From Leptonemataceae bacterium (GTDB lineage: Bacteria; Spirochaetota; Leptospiria; Leptospirales; Leptonemataceae): a stretch of 64,000 bases of DNA. The notes under the pieces are model-generated. The model was not told the DNA's origin. It worked only from the letters and a program-made list of their open reading frames with translations, and made no database searches. Shown here one piece after another: positions 38,497 through 52,146 of the stretch; positions within the stretch are counted from its first letter, which is position 1; each line of letters opens with the position of its first letter. Position numbers and translations under genes: made by a program. The stretch spans positions 5,600,001 to 5,664,000 of the forward strand of contig OZ245742.1 of assembly GCA_965227295.1 (NCBI GenBank), read 5' to 3'.

Positions 38497-39708
38497 ATGC
38501 TATACGTTTCCATCGTCATCGCCCTGGTATTCGGCGCAACGATCGTCTTTCATCTGGCGTATCTCCGGGCGGCCGTACGCAACGTACTCCGCCGTCAACG
38601 GGCCTACACCCCGGCGCCGCTCATACGTGAAAACCTGGACGGCCCGGTGCACGTCTTCCTGCCCATCCGCCGGCCGGATGCCCGGTCCCGGCGAACCATC
38701 GAAGCCCTGCTCCAACAAACGTTGCGCCCGGATCGCATCGTCGTCATTGTCGAGGCGGGCCCCGACGCCCGGGTCGCCTGGCTCCAGGAACTCTGTCGTT
38801 CTCACGAACGACTCAGTCTCATTGTCGCGACCCAGGCGGAACACTGCGGCCAGAAAAATCGGAACCTGCTTACGGGTATCGCCGCGTATCCGGACGCGCG
38901 GTACTACGCCTTCTGCGACGCGGACACACAGCCGGGCCCGTACTGGCTCGCCGACCACTTAGCGCGTTTACTGCGTGACCCCGCGCTGGACCTCGTAAGT
39001 ACGCATCAGTGGGTCCGCCGCCAACCGGGAACCGGAAACTTCTACTATACTTCGCTCCACGCTATGATGATCGCCCTGGGTTCGCATCCCACCCTGAAGC
39101 GCTCCGGGGTCTGGGGCGGTTCGTTCGTCATTCGTGCGGAACGCTGGCGGGACGAGCGGGTTCCGGAGCTGTGGTCGGCGGCGGTCTCCACGGATGTCGT
39201 GCTGCAGCACCTCATCAATCGCGGGCGGTTGCGCACGCACTACGCCCCGGAACTCGTCGTGGACGGAGAATCGCCAGGGCTTTCCTTTTTCGCGACGGCA
39301 GGCTGGTTCGTCCGGCAAATGACCTGCGTAAAACTCTACACGCCGGAAGTCTGGCTTCCATTAACTTTTGTTCACATGATTCTAACCGTGGCATACCTCG
39401 CTCTGCCCGCGGCCCCGCTGCTGCATCTTCTTGTTCCGGCGGCGGCCGGGCCGGTCTACGCCGCCGCGATTCCCGGCCTCGTGCACCTGGTGTGCATTCC
39501 GTTGATTCGCCGGGTACGCCGTAGCGGCAGCGAGTCGTACCTGGCCTGGTTGCCGCGCTGTTACCTGCCCATCATGATGGGCGGAATCATCTTTACGATT
39601 ACGGCGTTCACGTACTCGGTTCGCTGGGGCGGTCGCACGTATCGCATGAAACCCGGCGGCGACGTCATCGAAATCAAATTTACCGAAACCCGACAGGAGG
39701 CCGCCTGA
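38497..39708 (+). CDS. Membrane glycosyltransferase family 2 (ceramide glucosyltransferase/HpnI-like)
   Basis: N-terminal TM, QKNRNL, FCDAD, WGGS, RQ motif, C-terminal TMs, VRWGGRTY. Confidence 0.8.
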   Translation: MLYVSIVIALVFGATIVFHLAYLRAAVRNVLRRQRAYTPAPLIRENLDGPVHVFLPIRRPDARSRRTIEALLQQTLRPDRIVVIVEAGPDARVAWLQELCRSHERLSLIVATQAEHCGQKNRNLLTGIAAYPDARYYAFCDADTQPGPYWLADHLARLLRDPALDLVSTHQWVRRQPGTGNFYYTSLHAMMIALGSHPTLKRSGVWGGSFVIRAERWRDERVPELWSAAVSTDVVLQHLINRGRLRTHYAPELVVDGESPGLSFFATAGWFVRQMTCVKLYTPEVWLPLTFVHMILTVAYLALPAAPLLHLLVPAAAGPVYAAAIPGLVHLVCIPLIRRVRRSGSESYLAWLPRCYLPIMMGGIIFTITAFTYSVRWGGRTYRMKPGGDVIEIKFTETRQEAA

Positions 39709-39711
39709 GCC

Positions 39712-40605
39712 ATGAGCAACGATCTTACCGTAAACCCCGTGCCGGACCGTAAAGGTTACGTCGTATTCTTTATTCTGATTTTCTTTCTCATGGCTTACGC
39801 CTCGTTCCTGACCTGGGACGTGGTCACCCGGGGACACGGCAGCCTGTACACGGTCGTCCTGAAGTACGGTTCGATTCTGCTCACGTTCCTGCTCACGCTC
39901 ATGATCGGCAAAGACGATCACGACGTTCGCGATCGCACGCTGCTGCAACTGGCGTTTCTGTTCTCGGCCACCGGCGATTTCTTTTTGATCATCATGACCT
40001 GGTTCTTTTCGGCCCAGAGCGGCACCTGGTTTCTGTGCGGCATGGCCGCGTTTTTCTGCACGCAGATCATGCTGATCATTCGCCACAGCCGCGACTTCGT
40101 ATGGAACCGCATCGAGATCATCTCGGCGATCATCATCTACGGTTTCGTCGCGAGCATCATGATCAGCCTGCTGCCGTACATCGAAACGTCGCTGATCCTG
40201 CCGATCCTGATCTACGCCGTGGCGCTGACCACGAGTCTCTGGATGGGCATCGGCACTTTGTGGCGCCCGTACTATCGCATGACCATCGCCGTGATGATCG
40301 CCATCGGCGTGAGTTGTTTTTTTATGTGCGACCTGAACGTCGTGCTCGGCGAGATTTTCACACCGGACGCGCAGCAGATCATCCGGGAGAAGTTCGGCCT
40401 GGACCTGGTCCTCCCGCATACGATCCCGGACGTGGACATCCAGGTCCGCAAACCCCTGGCGTTGCCCGAGGGACTGGTCGCGCTCTTCGGCATCATCATG
40501 TGGGTCTTTTACTTACCGGCACAGGTGCTGCTTTCGACGAGCGGATACAAGTTGAAGTTCCTGCGCAGCATCGTCCCGGCCCTGCCGCCCTCGCCGCCGC
40601 GGTGA
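39712..40605 (+). CDS. YhhN / lysoplasmalogenase-like membrane protein
   Basis: FSATGDFFL, GMAAFFCTQ, FFMCD, WVFYLPAQVLL; multi-TM. Confidence 0.7.
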   Translation: MSNDLTVNPVPDRKGYVVFFILIFFLMAYASFLTWDVVTRGHGSLYTVVLKYGSILLTFLLTLMIGKDDHDVRDRTLLQLAFLFSATGDFFLIIMTWFFSAQSGTWFLCGMAAFFCTQIMLIIRHSRDFVWNRIEIISAIIIYGFVASIMISLLPYIETSLILPILIYAVALTTSLWMGIGTLWRPYYRMTIAVMIAIGVSCFFMCDLNVVLGEIFTPDAQQIIREKFGLDLVLPHTIPDVDIQVRKPLALPEGLVALFGIIMWVFYLPAQVLLSTSGYKLKFLRSIVPALPPSPPR

Positions 40606-40609
40606 AACT

Positions 40610-40890
40610 GTAGTTCAAGAGCTGCAGTTCGCGGCGTTGGCCGTGAAAAACGTAAGTTAAGTTGAGAGATGATTAAGGGAATAGTTTTGCTACGGCTCTT
40701 CGGAGTTGCGGATTTTCGTTTTGCAGGCGAACGATGACTTCGGCCCGGACGCGGATTAGCAACTCAGCTTCGGGAAGAGTAACTCCAATTCGTTCCGGGT
40801 CGAAGTAAAACAATCGCCACCCGACAACCTATCCACATCTCCCGCCAGTCGTACCCATAAAATTATTCCTACAAACTCCCGGCCACTCAC
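40610..40890 (+). repeat. Diverged dispersed copy of the 12.6-13.5 kb structured repeat
   Basis: Shares TAGTTCAAGAGCTG, GCCGTGAAAAA, GTAAGT, GCTACGGCT, GAGTTG.GGATTTTCGTTTTG, CCCGGACG, ACTCAGCT, CGTACCCATA in the same order as across a tandem junction. Confidence 0.85.
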
Positions 40891-40894
40891 CCTT

Positions 40895-42295
40895 CTATTC
40901 GGGGCGTGCTCGAACTACGGCAGCGGCGGTGGTTTCATCTACGATAAAGCGGTGTTTCCCCGATGCAAGCACGGAGTGCTTGAGCACGCTCCCGGGCACG
41001 TCGTAACCGAGAACGCGGCGCAGGGCCTGTTGCACGTACACCACGGCGTCGCCGGCCTTTGCGTTGGCGTTACGAAACTGCAACGTGAAGCGCAGGCCGG
41101 CCTCACTTCTAATAAACTGACCGCGCAGAATTTGATTATCGAAGACCTTGTTCGCTTCTTGCAGCAGATCACGAAGCAACGATGCGAAAATCTTGTGGCC
41201 GCGCACATCGGTGACGAAGTCTTCCGCGCGCCCGTCGATACGCCGGATCTTCTTACCGGAAATGCCGCAGCGACAATGTTCAAAAACCACCTCGCCCCGA
41301 TCTCCCGTATCGTAACGGATTAACGGCAGATCGTAAGCGAGTAGCGTCGTCACGAGCATGTGACCGTACTCGCTCTGTTCGAGGAGAATCCGATCCTCCA
41401 GGACGTGCAGGCCGTTCCGCTCGGAGCACTCCACCGCGATCGTCGCCAGCTCGGACGAGCCGTACGATTGAAAGACCACGGTACCGAAGCCTTCTTCCAA
41501 CAACGCACGCACATCCTCGGACAGCACCTCACCGGTTACGTGAATGTGATGCGGCGAATGGAGAATCTTGCGATTCTTGCGCCTGGCGTAACCGACGAGT
41601 TCGGCCAGATACGCCGGCATGCCGTGGATGCTGTCCGGTCGCGCGTGTTCGATGGTACGCAGGATCGACTCGGCACTGTGATCGTCCAGGCGCTGAAATA
41701 GAATGAAGAACATGCCGCCCGGCCTTAGAATGCGTTCAATGCCGTCGAAGCGATAGTGCATATCCGCCTGGCCGAGATACAGAAAGCTGTCCCCGGGACG
41801 CCAGCCGAAGAAACGCTCCACCGCCACCTGCTGGCGCAGACGACGCTCCACCTCGGCCCGCGTCACCCAGAACGGCACCGGATCCCCGCTGGTCCCGCCG
41901 CTGGCGAAACGAAACCGAAAGCCGCCCCGGAGCACGACCCGCAGGCGCGTTAACATCGAGGTCTTAATTGTTAGTTCCGGTAAATTATGAGCATCCCCGG
42001 GCACCAGCTCCGGCCCGTGCTGTTTGAGGCCGTGGCGATCCAGGGGACGGACCTCCGCGGCGAAACGTTCCAGGAGATCCGCGTCGCCCTGCAACAGAGT
42101 ATCGAAGCGGCCGCGATACAAAGGAACGCGCTCGTTGCAGGCTTCCAGTAATCGACGCAGTCGCTGCCGGACGTCCGAATTTTCGCCGGAGCCTTCCGGA
42201 AACAACCGGTCGGAAAGCACCCGGCGGATCAACAGGCGCAGGAGCAACCCCAGCCAGAGTTTGCGCAACCATCGTCGCATCAACGAGAAGCTCAC
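40895..42295 (-). CDS. Phenylacetate-CoA ligase / CapK-like ANL-superfamily protein
   Basis: SGGTSGDP, TGEVL, YGSSE, PLIRYDTGD, GRAED, SGKHRFI. Confidence 0.85.
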   Translation of the reverse strand: MSFSLMRRWLRKLWLGLLLRLLIRRVLSDRLFPEGSGENSDVRQRLRRLLEACNERVPLYRGRFDTLLQGDADLLERFAAEVRPLDRHGLKQHGPELVPGDAHNLPELTIKTSMLTRLRVVLRGGFRFRFASGGTSGDPVPFWVTRAEVERRLRQQVAVERFFGWRPGDSFLYLGQADMHYRFDGIERILRPGGMFFILFQRLDDHSAESILRTIEHARPDSIHGMPAYLAELVGYARRKNRKILHSPHHIHVTGEVLSEDVRALLEEGFGTVVFQSYGSSELATIAVECSERNGLHVLEDRILLEQSEYGHMLVTTLLAYDLPLIRYDTGDRGEVVFEHCRCGISGKKIRRIDGRAEDFVTDVRGHKIFASLLRDLLQEANKVFDNQILRGQFIRSEAGLRFTLQFRNANAKAGDAVVYVQQALRRVLGYDVPGSVLKHSVLASGKHRFIVDETTAAAVVRARPE

Positions 42296-43359
42296 GCCGA
42301 AACGACGGCCGGCCCGCGCCGACGACCGAAGCCGATCACCTCACGCACGATCTCCCAGGGATGCTGCGTATAGTACGAACTCGTGTAGCGGCAGTTGGCC
42401 AGGCAGTCCTTCTCGCAATCGCCGAGTTTTTCGTCGCGCATCTGCATGAGCTGTTTGTGATCGAAACGATCCAGCTCGAAGATCGTAAACTCTTCCGAGG
42501 ACGGCGCGAGACCGCAGAACCGCACGGCCCCGTCCACGTCCACGGCGATGCTGTCTTTGCCGGCGAAGCACTTCCAGTCTAAAGTGCCGCGCACAAACTT
42601 CTTAATATCGTGAAAGTACTGCACGGGTTCGATGATGTTGTAGCCCGACGCCCGCATCTCCGCCACCTCGTCCAGCACGTCGAAGAGGCGCTGCTGTTCT
42701 TCGTCGCTGTGAAAGAACAACGCCTCGTCCTGCTTCGCGTCCGGCGCCAGATCGCGAATGATGAATCCCATGGACGTCGGCACGTCGAACTCCGCCATGG
42801 CGCGCAATGTGTCGGTAACCTGATCGATGTTCTTGTTACTGATGACCAGGTTCGCCGTCGTTTCCATGCCGTAACGTTCCCGGGCGTCCAGGAGCGTGCG
42901 CATCACGCCTTTTTCACGATTTACGGTTTTCTTCGAAGCGCGGGTGTCGGTGAGCGAATCCACGGAGAGATTGACGAAGTCCAGGCCGGCCTCGGCCAGT
43001 TCGTTGACGTACTCCGGCGTAAGGCGCAGGCCGTTCGTTGAAAGATGTGTGACCATGCGCCGCTCGTGCGCGTAGCGAATCAAACGCACCAGGTCCTCGC
43101 GCAACGTCGGCTCGCCGCCGAAGAACGCGAGCAGGCGAACCCCCAGGGCGTGCAGCTTGTCGATGATGGCCCGCAACTCTTCCTCGCTGCGATCGTTGCT
43201 TTCCTGTTTCACGACGAAGCAGTACTGACAGCGCATGTTGCACAGCCGGGTGACATAGAGATGCGTCCACAGCGGCGCCGGTTTGAACAGGGTACGCGCA
43301 TAGGCCGGTAACATGATGCTTAAGGTACGCAGGGCTCTCTTTTTGCTACGGAATCGCAT
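42292..43359 (-). CDS. Radical SAM protein with C-terminal Cys-rich (SPASM/twitch-like) region
   Basis: CNMRCQYC, FGGEPTL, STNG, CFAG...DGAVRFC...CEKDCLANC. Confidence 0.92.
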   Translation of the reverse strand: MRFRSKKRALRTLSIMLPAYARTLFKPAPLWTHLYVTRLCNMRCQYCFVVKQESNDRSEEELRAIIDKLHALGVRLLAFFGGEPTLREDLVRLIRYAHERRMVTHLSTNGLRLTPEYVNELAEAGLDFVNLSVDSLTDTRASKKTVNREKGVMRTLLDARERYGMETTANLVISNKNIDQVTDTLRAMAEFDVPTSMGFIIRDLAPDAKQDEALFFHSDEEQQRLFDVLDEVAEMRASGYNIIEPVQYFHDIKKFVRGTLDWKCFAGKDSIAVDVDGAVRFCGLAPSSEEFTIFELDRFDHKQLMQMRDEKLGDCEKDCLANCRYTSSYYTQHPWEIVREVIGFGRRRGPAVVSA

Positions 43360-43435
43360 GAATCATTAAACCTCAGTCGGGAGAAGCTAAGGCATTAGTG
43401 AGATTTTGCAAGAATAAAAACGGGAAAAAAGAAAC

Positions 43436-44329
43436 TCAGCCCGGCCGCCGCCAGAAAACGGCATGCTCGTCGATCCAGTGCATCTCCGTCGTAATTTCGG
43501 AGCGATCTCGAAAGTCGTCCACCGCGCGGCGGCAACCGTCGAGGGAACCGTAGTCGTCGACGACGACAAAGCCGCCGGGACTCACTCGCTCGTAGGCGTG
43601 GGTCAGGACGGCCAGGGTCGCTTCGTAGTAGTCCACGTCCAGGCGTAGGAGCGCCAGGTTTTCGATGGGCGCAGCGGGCATGCTTTCGTGGACCAGGCCG
43701 GGTAAAAAACGCAAACGTTCGTCGAAGAGGCCGAAGCGTCGCGCGTTCTCTTCGATGGCGGCCATGGACGTCATCTCGGTGAGCTCCTCGACGAGCTCCG
43801 GATAACGCGAAAGAAAAATTATGAAGTTCATCAGATCGCCCTCGATGACCTCGGGCACGGGAAACACGCCGCGTTTCAACACAAAGCGCGTAAAACGTTC
43901 CGGCGCGAGCCAGGCGAAGTACGAGGCCGCGCGCCCGAAGAGTTTCAACAACGCATTCAATCGCACCGGCCCGCCGAACAAATCCGCGAGCCACACCGTA
44001 CGATCTTCGAGACCGTACTGTCGCAGCACGGCCTTGAGAAAGATCCCGACCCCGCCGCGCCACACGCCGGTTTCGAGGAAGTCCCCGGGAATGCCTTCGT
44101 CACGAATCACGGCGACGCAATCTTCCAGGCTTTCCAGGCGTTTCCAGCCGACCATGGTGAGACCCCGGCGCGGCACGTCGAGACCCAACGTCCGCCGCCG
44201 ATGATCGTACGGGGCGTGGCGCACGTAACGGCCGTGACCGTCTCGCGCCCAGATCGTATCTTCTTCAAAGAGGGAACCGGTCAGGATCTGCTTGAGCAGA
44301 TGCAGATACGGATCTAAACTTACACGCAT
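43436..44329 (-). CDS. TylF/MycF family O-methyltransferase
   Basis: TMVGWKRL, IPGDFLETGVWRGG, LRLDVDYYE, VSPGGFVVVDDYG. Confidence 0.92.
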   Translation of the reverse strand: MRVSLDPYLHLLKQILTGSLFEEDTIWARDGHGRYVRHAPYDHRRRTLGLDVPRRGLTMVGWKRLESLEDCVAVIRDEGIPGDFLETGVWRGGVGIFLKAVLRQYGLEDRTVWLADLFGGPVRLNALLKLFGRAASYFAWLAPERFTRFVLKRGVFPVPEVIEGDLMNFIIFLSRYPELVEELTEMTSMAAIEENARRFGLFDERLRFLPGLVHESMPAAPIENLALLRLDVDYYEATLAVLTHAYERVSPGGFVVVDDYGSLDGCRRAVDDFRDRSEITTEMHWIDEHAVFWRRPG

Positions 44330-44330
44330 A

Positions 44331-47300
44331 TCATTCTACGTCGATTACGACGATGGCGATGTCGTCACCGATGCTCGCGGTACCGCCGCACCATTCAATG
44401 ACGTCCGCGAGCAAACGATCCGTGAAGTCCGCGGCGGAGAGGTTCGCGTGTTCGAGCATCTTTTCCTGGATGCGCTCTTCACCGAACTCTTCGAAGTTCG
44501 CAGCGGCGGCCTCGGTCACCCCGTCGGTGTACAGAACGATGCGATCCCCCGGCGCCAGGTCCAATTCCTGGACGGCAAAACGCGGGCCGGGCAGAATCCC
44601 CAGGGGCACGCCCTTCGGACGCACGACCTCGATGGTCTTCGAAGACGCGCGACGCAAGAACATGGGCGGGTGACCGGCGTTCGCGGTCCAGAGCTTGCGC
44701 AGCTTCGTATCGATCTTAACGTGACAGGCCGTAACAAAACTGCTGCCGGCCTGGCCGGAGAACGCGCGATTCAAATTCGCCAGAAACTCCCCGGGGTCGG
44801 GCTGGCGCTGACGCTCGAAGGCGAACGCCAGGTGCACGGCGGATACCAGCAAGGCCGCGGGGATGCCGTGGCCGGCGACGTCCGCGACCAGGACTTCGAA
44901 CAGCGTACCGTCCGTGTGAAAGTCATAGTAATCCCCGCCGACGCTTTCCATGGCCTGGTACAGGGCCCCCACTTTAAGACCCGGTACGATCGGCGCCGAA
45001 CGCGGAATCAATGACTGCTGGATTTGTCGGGCCTTTTCCAGGTCGCCTTCGATGGCGGCGAGATGTGACTGCGTTTGGGCCGCACGTTTGAGTTCCAGCA
45101 TGTTCGCCACACGCGCGCTGAGCTCCCGCGCATCGAAGGGTTTCACCAGATAATCATTCGCCCCGCTCTCGAGGCCCGTCACGATATCGATCACGCGGTT
45201 CTTCGCCGTAAGCATGATGATGGGCAGCTCCGACGGAGACGACTTCTCGCGAATGAATCGGCAGACCTCGTAACCGGACAGCCCCGGCATCATCACGTCG
45301 AGTAAGATGACGTCGAGTTCGTGTTGCTCGACTTTCTCAAGAGCGGCACGGCCGCTGTCCGCCTCGATTACCTGTAGCGACAGCATGCGCAGTTGATTGC
45401 GCAACACACGACGGTTGATGGAGTCGTCGTCCACCACCAACACTGAGTACGGTGTACCGTTGGACGCCGGTATCTCCACGGGAGCATCATTCTCGACGGT
45501 GCCCGAATCAATGAGATCCTCGATGAGATGCGCCCGCCGCTGCACCTCGGTCCAGGCCGGGGCTTCGGCTTCGCCGTGACTCACGGGCAACGTAAAATAA
45601 ACGGTGGTCCCGCGGCCGGGCGACGACTTCATTCGAATCTCGCCGCCGTGCAGTTCCACCAGCTGTTTGCTGATGGACAGGCCGAGGCCGGTACCCCCGT
45701 ACTCCCTGGAGATGGCGCCGTCGCCCTGGGTAAACGAATCAAAGACCAGGGCCTGGCGATCTTCGGGGATGCCGATGCCGGTATCTTCCACACTGATTTC
45801 TACAAAGCCCGGGGCGGTCCCATCATCCTGCGCATCCACCACGCGGGCACTCACCGTCACCGCCCCCGCTTTCGTAAACTTAATCGCGTTGCCGATTAAG
45901 TTATGAAGCACTTGTTCCAGGCGATCCTCGTCGGCGTCCACCGGCGGCACCGGCTCGTCGTCGTGACGCAGTTCGATGGGACGATCGCCGATGATATGCT
46001 GCGAGAGCGCCAGCACCACGCCGATGACCGCATGCACGTCCACCGCCTTGCGGCGCAGGATCAGATCGTCGTGACGAATGCGCGAGAAGTCGAGCAGGTC
46101 GTTGACTAGATTCGAAAGCCGCCGACCGCTGGAGGCGATCAACTGTAGATTCTCCGTGGCCTCGTGCTTTAACTCACCGGCCGCGCCCTGTATCAACGAA
46201 TCGGCGAGGCCGATGATTCCGTTCAACGGCGTCCGCAGTTCGTGCGAGGTGTTCGCCAGGAACTGGTCTTTGAGTTGGTCGAGGCGCGAGAGGCGCTCGT
46301 TCTGTCGGGTGATTTCCTGATTCAGACGATCCTGATCCGCCGACAATCGCTCCACTTCATTGTGTGCGTTTACGAAGTGATCGATCTGCACCAGCGTAAG
46401 GCCGCCGAGCATCGTGGGAATGGCGAGGGGTGCAAGGAACATCCACGGCAGTTGAAAGACCGCGACGATGACGTCGTTCAAAGTCATGGCGCTCACCAGG
46501 GCAACGACGAGAATCAACAACACGCTCACCGTTTCGACGCGTTCGCGGCGCGCGTTGATGACCCAGATCATGTGCAGGGCCTGGAAACCCACGATGCCCG
46601 GCAGAAATCCCACGCGCACGGCGGCGAAACTTTCGCGATCCATGGCGGTGCAGTGCGCGAGCACCGCCACGAGGACGAAGCCGAGAGCGAAACGCGTCGG
46701 CCAGACGGAGTGTCGTTCCAGAAAGTCGCGAAAGAACAGCGTCGTAAAACCGTAGAAGATGTACAGCGCGCTCCAGTCGATCTTCTGAAACCACAGCGCG
46801 TTAAAGAACGGCATGTCCGAAAGAAAGGGCAGACCCCAGGCGAAGTTGTTGATGCTGTAAATAAAAAAGAAGACCAGCGCCAGGGAGTAGTGCAGATAAA
46901 AGACGACCCGACGTCGCTTCAGGTACATCAGCAGGAAGATGAACGCCGCGGCCAGCGCGAACAGCGCCGTGATCATGTGCAGCGTCATGTGCTGCATGGT
47001 CGCGAGGCCGGCCAGGTGTTCCATCGCCCGGCGCGGACCGATGAACGGCACGTCTTCCAGGCCCGGCGAGGCGTAGCCGGGATAGATGACGAGCAACAGT
47101 TCGTTGCCCGCATCCTTAAGCAAGGGCCGCGACGCCGGATACACCCGCGGAATGTTCCAGGGGTCCGTGGGCTCCGGCGGAAAACGCCCGGTCTCCCCGA
47201 TGAGGCGGCCGTTGAGATACGTACGGTCGCAGGCGTTGACCCGGCCCAGGTAGAACGAAAGAATCGGCTCCGTCAGAAATTCGGGCGGCAGGTCAAATTT

Positions 47301-47633
47301 TGTACGCAGAACAACGTAGGTCGAACGATCGGGAAGCAGCGGCCCGAGGGCGGCATAGGGTTGCGGCAGCGACTCGAACGCCAATCCCCGAATGTCGGCC
47401 AGGTTGTCGGGCTCCCGGGTGAGAGCGTACTCCCACGGTCCGTCCAGCGGCCGTCCCTCCTCGGGAGCCGGCTCACTGCAACCGGACAGGAAGAGAATCA
47501 CCAGGACAAGCACCCCGGCGTGGAGACGGTCCCAGGAAAACAGTGCTACCGCGTGTCTCCGGTCTGTGGGGATGAGGTCGATGCCGAATCGGAGCATGAA
47601 CTGGCCGCTGCTGACGAAACCGGAATCTGCCAA
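44331..47633 (-). CDS. Hybrid sensor: extracellular jelly-roll + 7TM + histidine kinase + receiver + PP2C/SpoIIE phosphatase
   Basis: ANTSHELRTPLNG, NLIGNAIKFT, DTGIG, GGTGLGL, LDVMMPG, VGGDYYD, ADVAGHG, LYTDG, DDI; start uncertain. Confidence 0.92.
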   Translation of the reverse strand: MADSGFVSSGQFMLRFGIDLIPTDRRHAVALFSWDRLHAGVLVLVILFLSGCSEPAPEEGRPLDGPWEYALTREPDNLADIRGLAFESLPQPYAALGPLLPDRSTYVVLRTKFDLPPEFLTEPILSFYLGRVNACDRTYLNGRLIGETGRFPPEPTDPWNIPRVYPASRPLLKDAGNELLLVIYPGYASPGLEDVPFIGPRRAMEHLAGLATMQHMTLHMITALFALAAAFIFLLMYLKRRRVVFYLHYSLALVFFFIYSINNFAWGLPFLSDMPFFNALWFQKIDWSALYIFYGFTTLFFRDFLERHSVWPTRFALGFVLVAVLAHCTAMDRESFAAVRVGFLPGIVGFQALHMIWVINARRERVETVSVLLILVVALVSAMTLNDVIVAVFQLPWMFLAPLAIPTMLGGLTLVQIDHFVNAHNEVERLSADQDRLNQEITRQNERLSRLDQLKDQFLANTSHELRTPLNGIIGLADSLIQGAAGELKHEATENLQLIASSGRRLSNLVNDLLDFSRIRHDDLILRRKAVDVHAVIGVVLALSQHIIGDRPIELRHDDEPVPPVDADEDRLEQVLHNLIGNAIKFTKAGAVTVSARVVDAQDDGTAPGFVEISVEDTGIGIPEDRQALVFDSFTQGDGAISREYGGTGLGLSISKQLVELHGGEIRMKSSPGRGTTVYFTLPVSHGEAEAPAWTEVQRRAHLIEDLIDSGTVENDAPVEIPASNGTPYSVLVVDDDSINRRVLRNQLRMLSLQVIEADSGRAALEKVEQHELDVILLDVMMPGLSGYEVCRFIREKSSPSELPIIMLTAKNRVIDIVTGLESGANDYLVKPFDARELSARVANMLELKRAAQTQSHLAAIEGDLEKARQIQQSLIPRSAPIVPGLKVGALYQAMESVGGDYYDFHTDGTLFEVLVADVAGHGIPAALLVSAVHLAFAFERQRQPDPGEFLANLNRAFSGQAGSSFVTACHVKIDTKLRKLWTANAGHPPMFLRRASSKTIEVVRPKGVPLGILPGPRFAVQELDLAPGDRIVLYTDGVTEAAAANFEEFGEERIQEKMLEHANLSAADFTDRLLADVIEWCGGTASIGDDIAIVVIDVE

Positions 47634-48227
47634 CCGTTTGTTCGACGGTCAAGAGTATTTCCGGATTGCCGCACCGTATCTCCGCGCGAAACCGGGGCAG
47701 GACATGCGTCGCCTCAAGAATCATACGGCATTTTCGGCGACCGTCGCCGCCGGCATGCTGGTGCTTTCGTCGGCGGCCCGGTCGGCGCCTCCGCCTACCG
47801 GAACGGAAACAGCATCGCCCGGCTGCTCAACTTCGCCGAAGCAAATCAACCACGGTGTGGTCGAGAAACATCCGGAGAAACTTGCTGCATTCTATCATTT
47901 TCTGACAGATCAGAGTTGTTGATTGAGAAGGACCGTGCGACTTGCCTGGCACAGAGCGCGGGGACACCGTGCCCGCCGCGTTCTGAATACACGGTGATTT
48001 GCCCGCAACCGGCGCTTTTCCCGGTTGTCAGGGCGTATCTGCCTAAAAAACTGGCATTATCTCCGGATTTTACCGACATTTTGTGACGCGGTGCCATGGC
48101 CCGCGCCTGCCCCGACGCCGATCACTCGTTCCCTGAAACGATTCCCGGCCGTTTTCTTCTATACTAACAGTACGGCCGGAACCAATGATACGGCCGACGG
48201 CATTCTTTCCGGACCCGAGGATTTTCT

Positions 48228-51962
<3,735 letters not shown>

Positions 51963-51969
51963 AGACACA

Positions 51970-52013
51970 CCTGCCCGCCCCCTGTGGGTGGACTCCTCTT
52001 CGGGGGTGGGCGG
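51970..52013 (+). terminator. Stem-loop after metH
   Basis: CTGCCCGCCCCC...GGGGGTGGGCGG inverted repeat. Confidence 0.45.
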
Positions 52014-52146
52014 AATTCAGGCTATCTTCTCAGGCGACGGCGCGCCAGAAGCGGCGAATCATATTCTAAAAAAGATGCGCTGTCCAGCCGAAAAATGTCA
52101 CACCCCTGTGTCATACTAAGCTGGGAAAACCTGCATCAACCCGCCC

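Noticed and set aside
46242..48086. 614-aa plus-strand ORF and similar long antisense ORFs (49002-50297, 54429-55586, 62238-63383)
   Set aside because: They overlap well-supported genes on the opposite strand, have no motifs, and are expected in GC-rich DNA
47640..48227. SAM or cobalamin riboswitch upstream of metH
   Set aside because: No recognisable SAM-I or B12-box consensus seen
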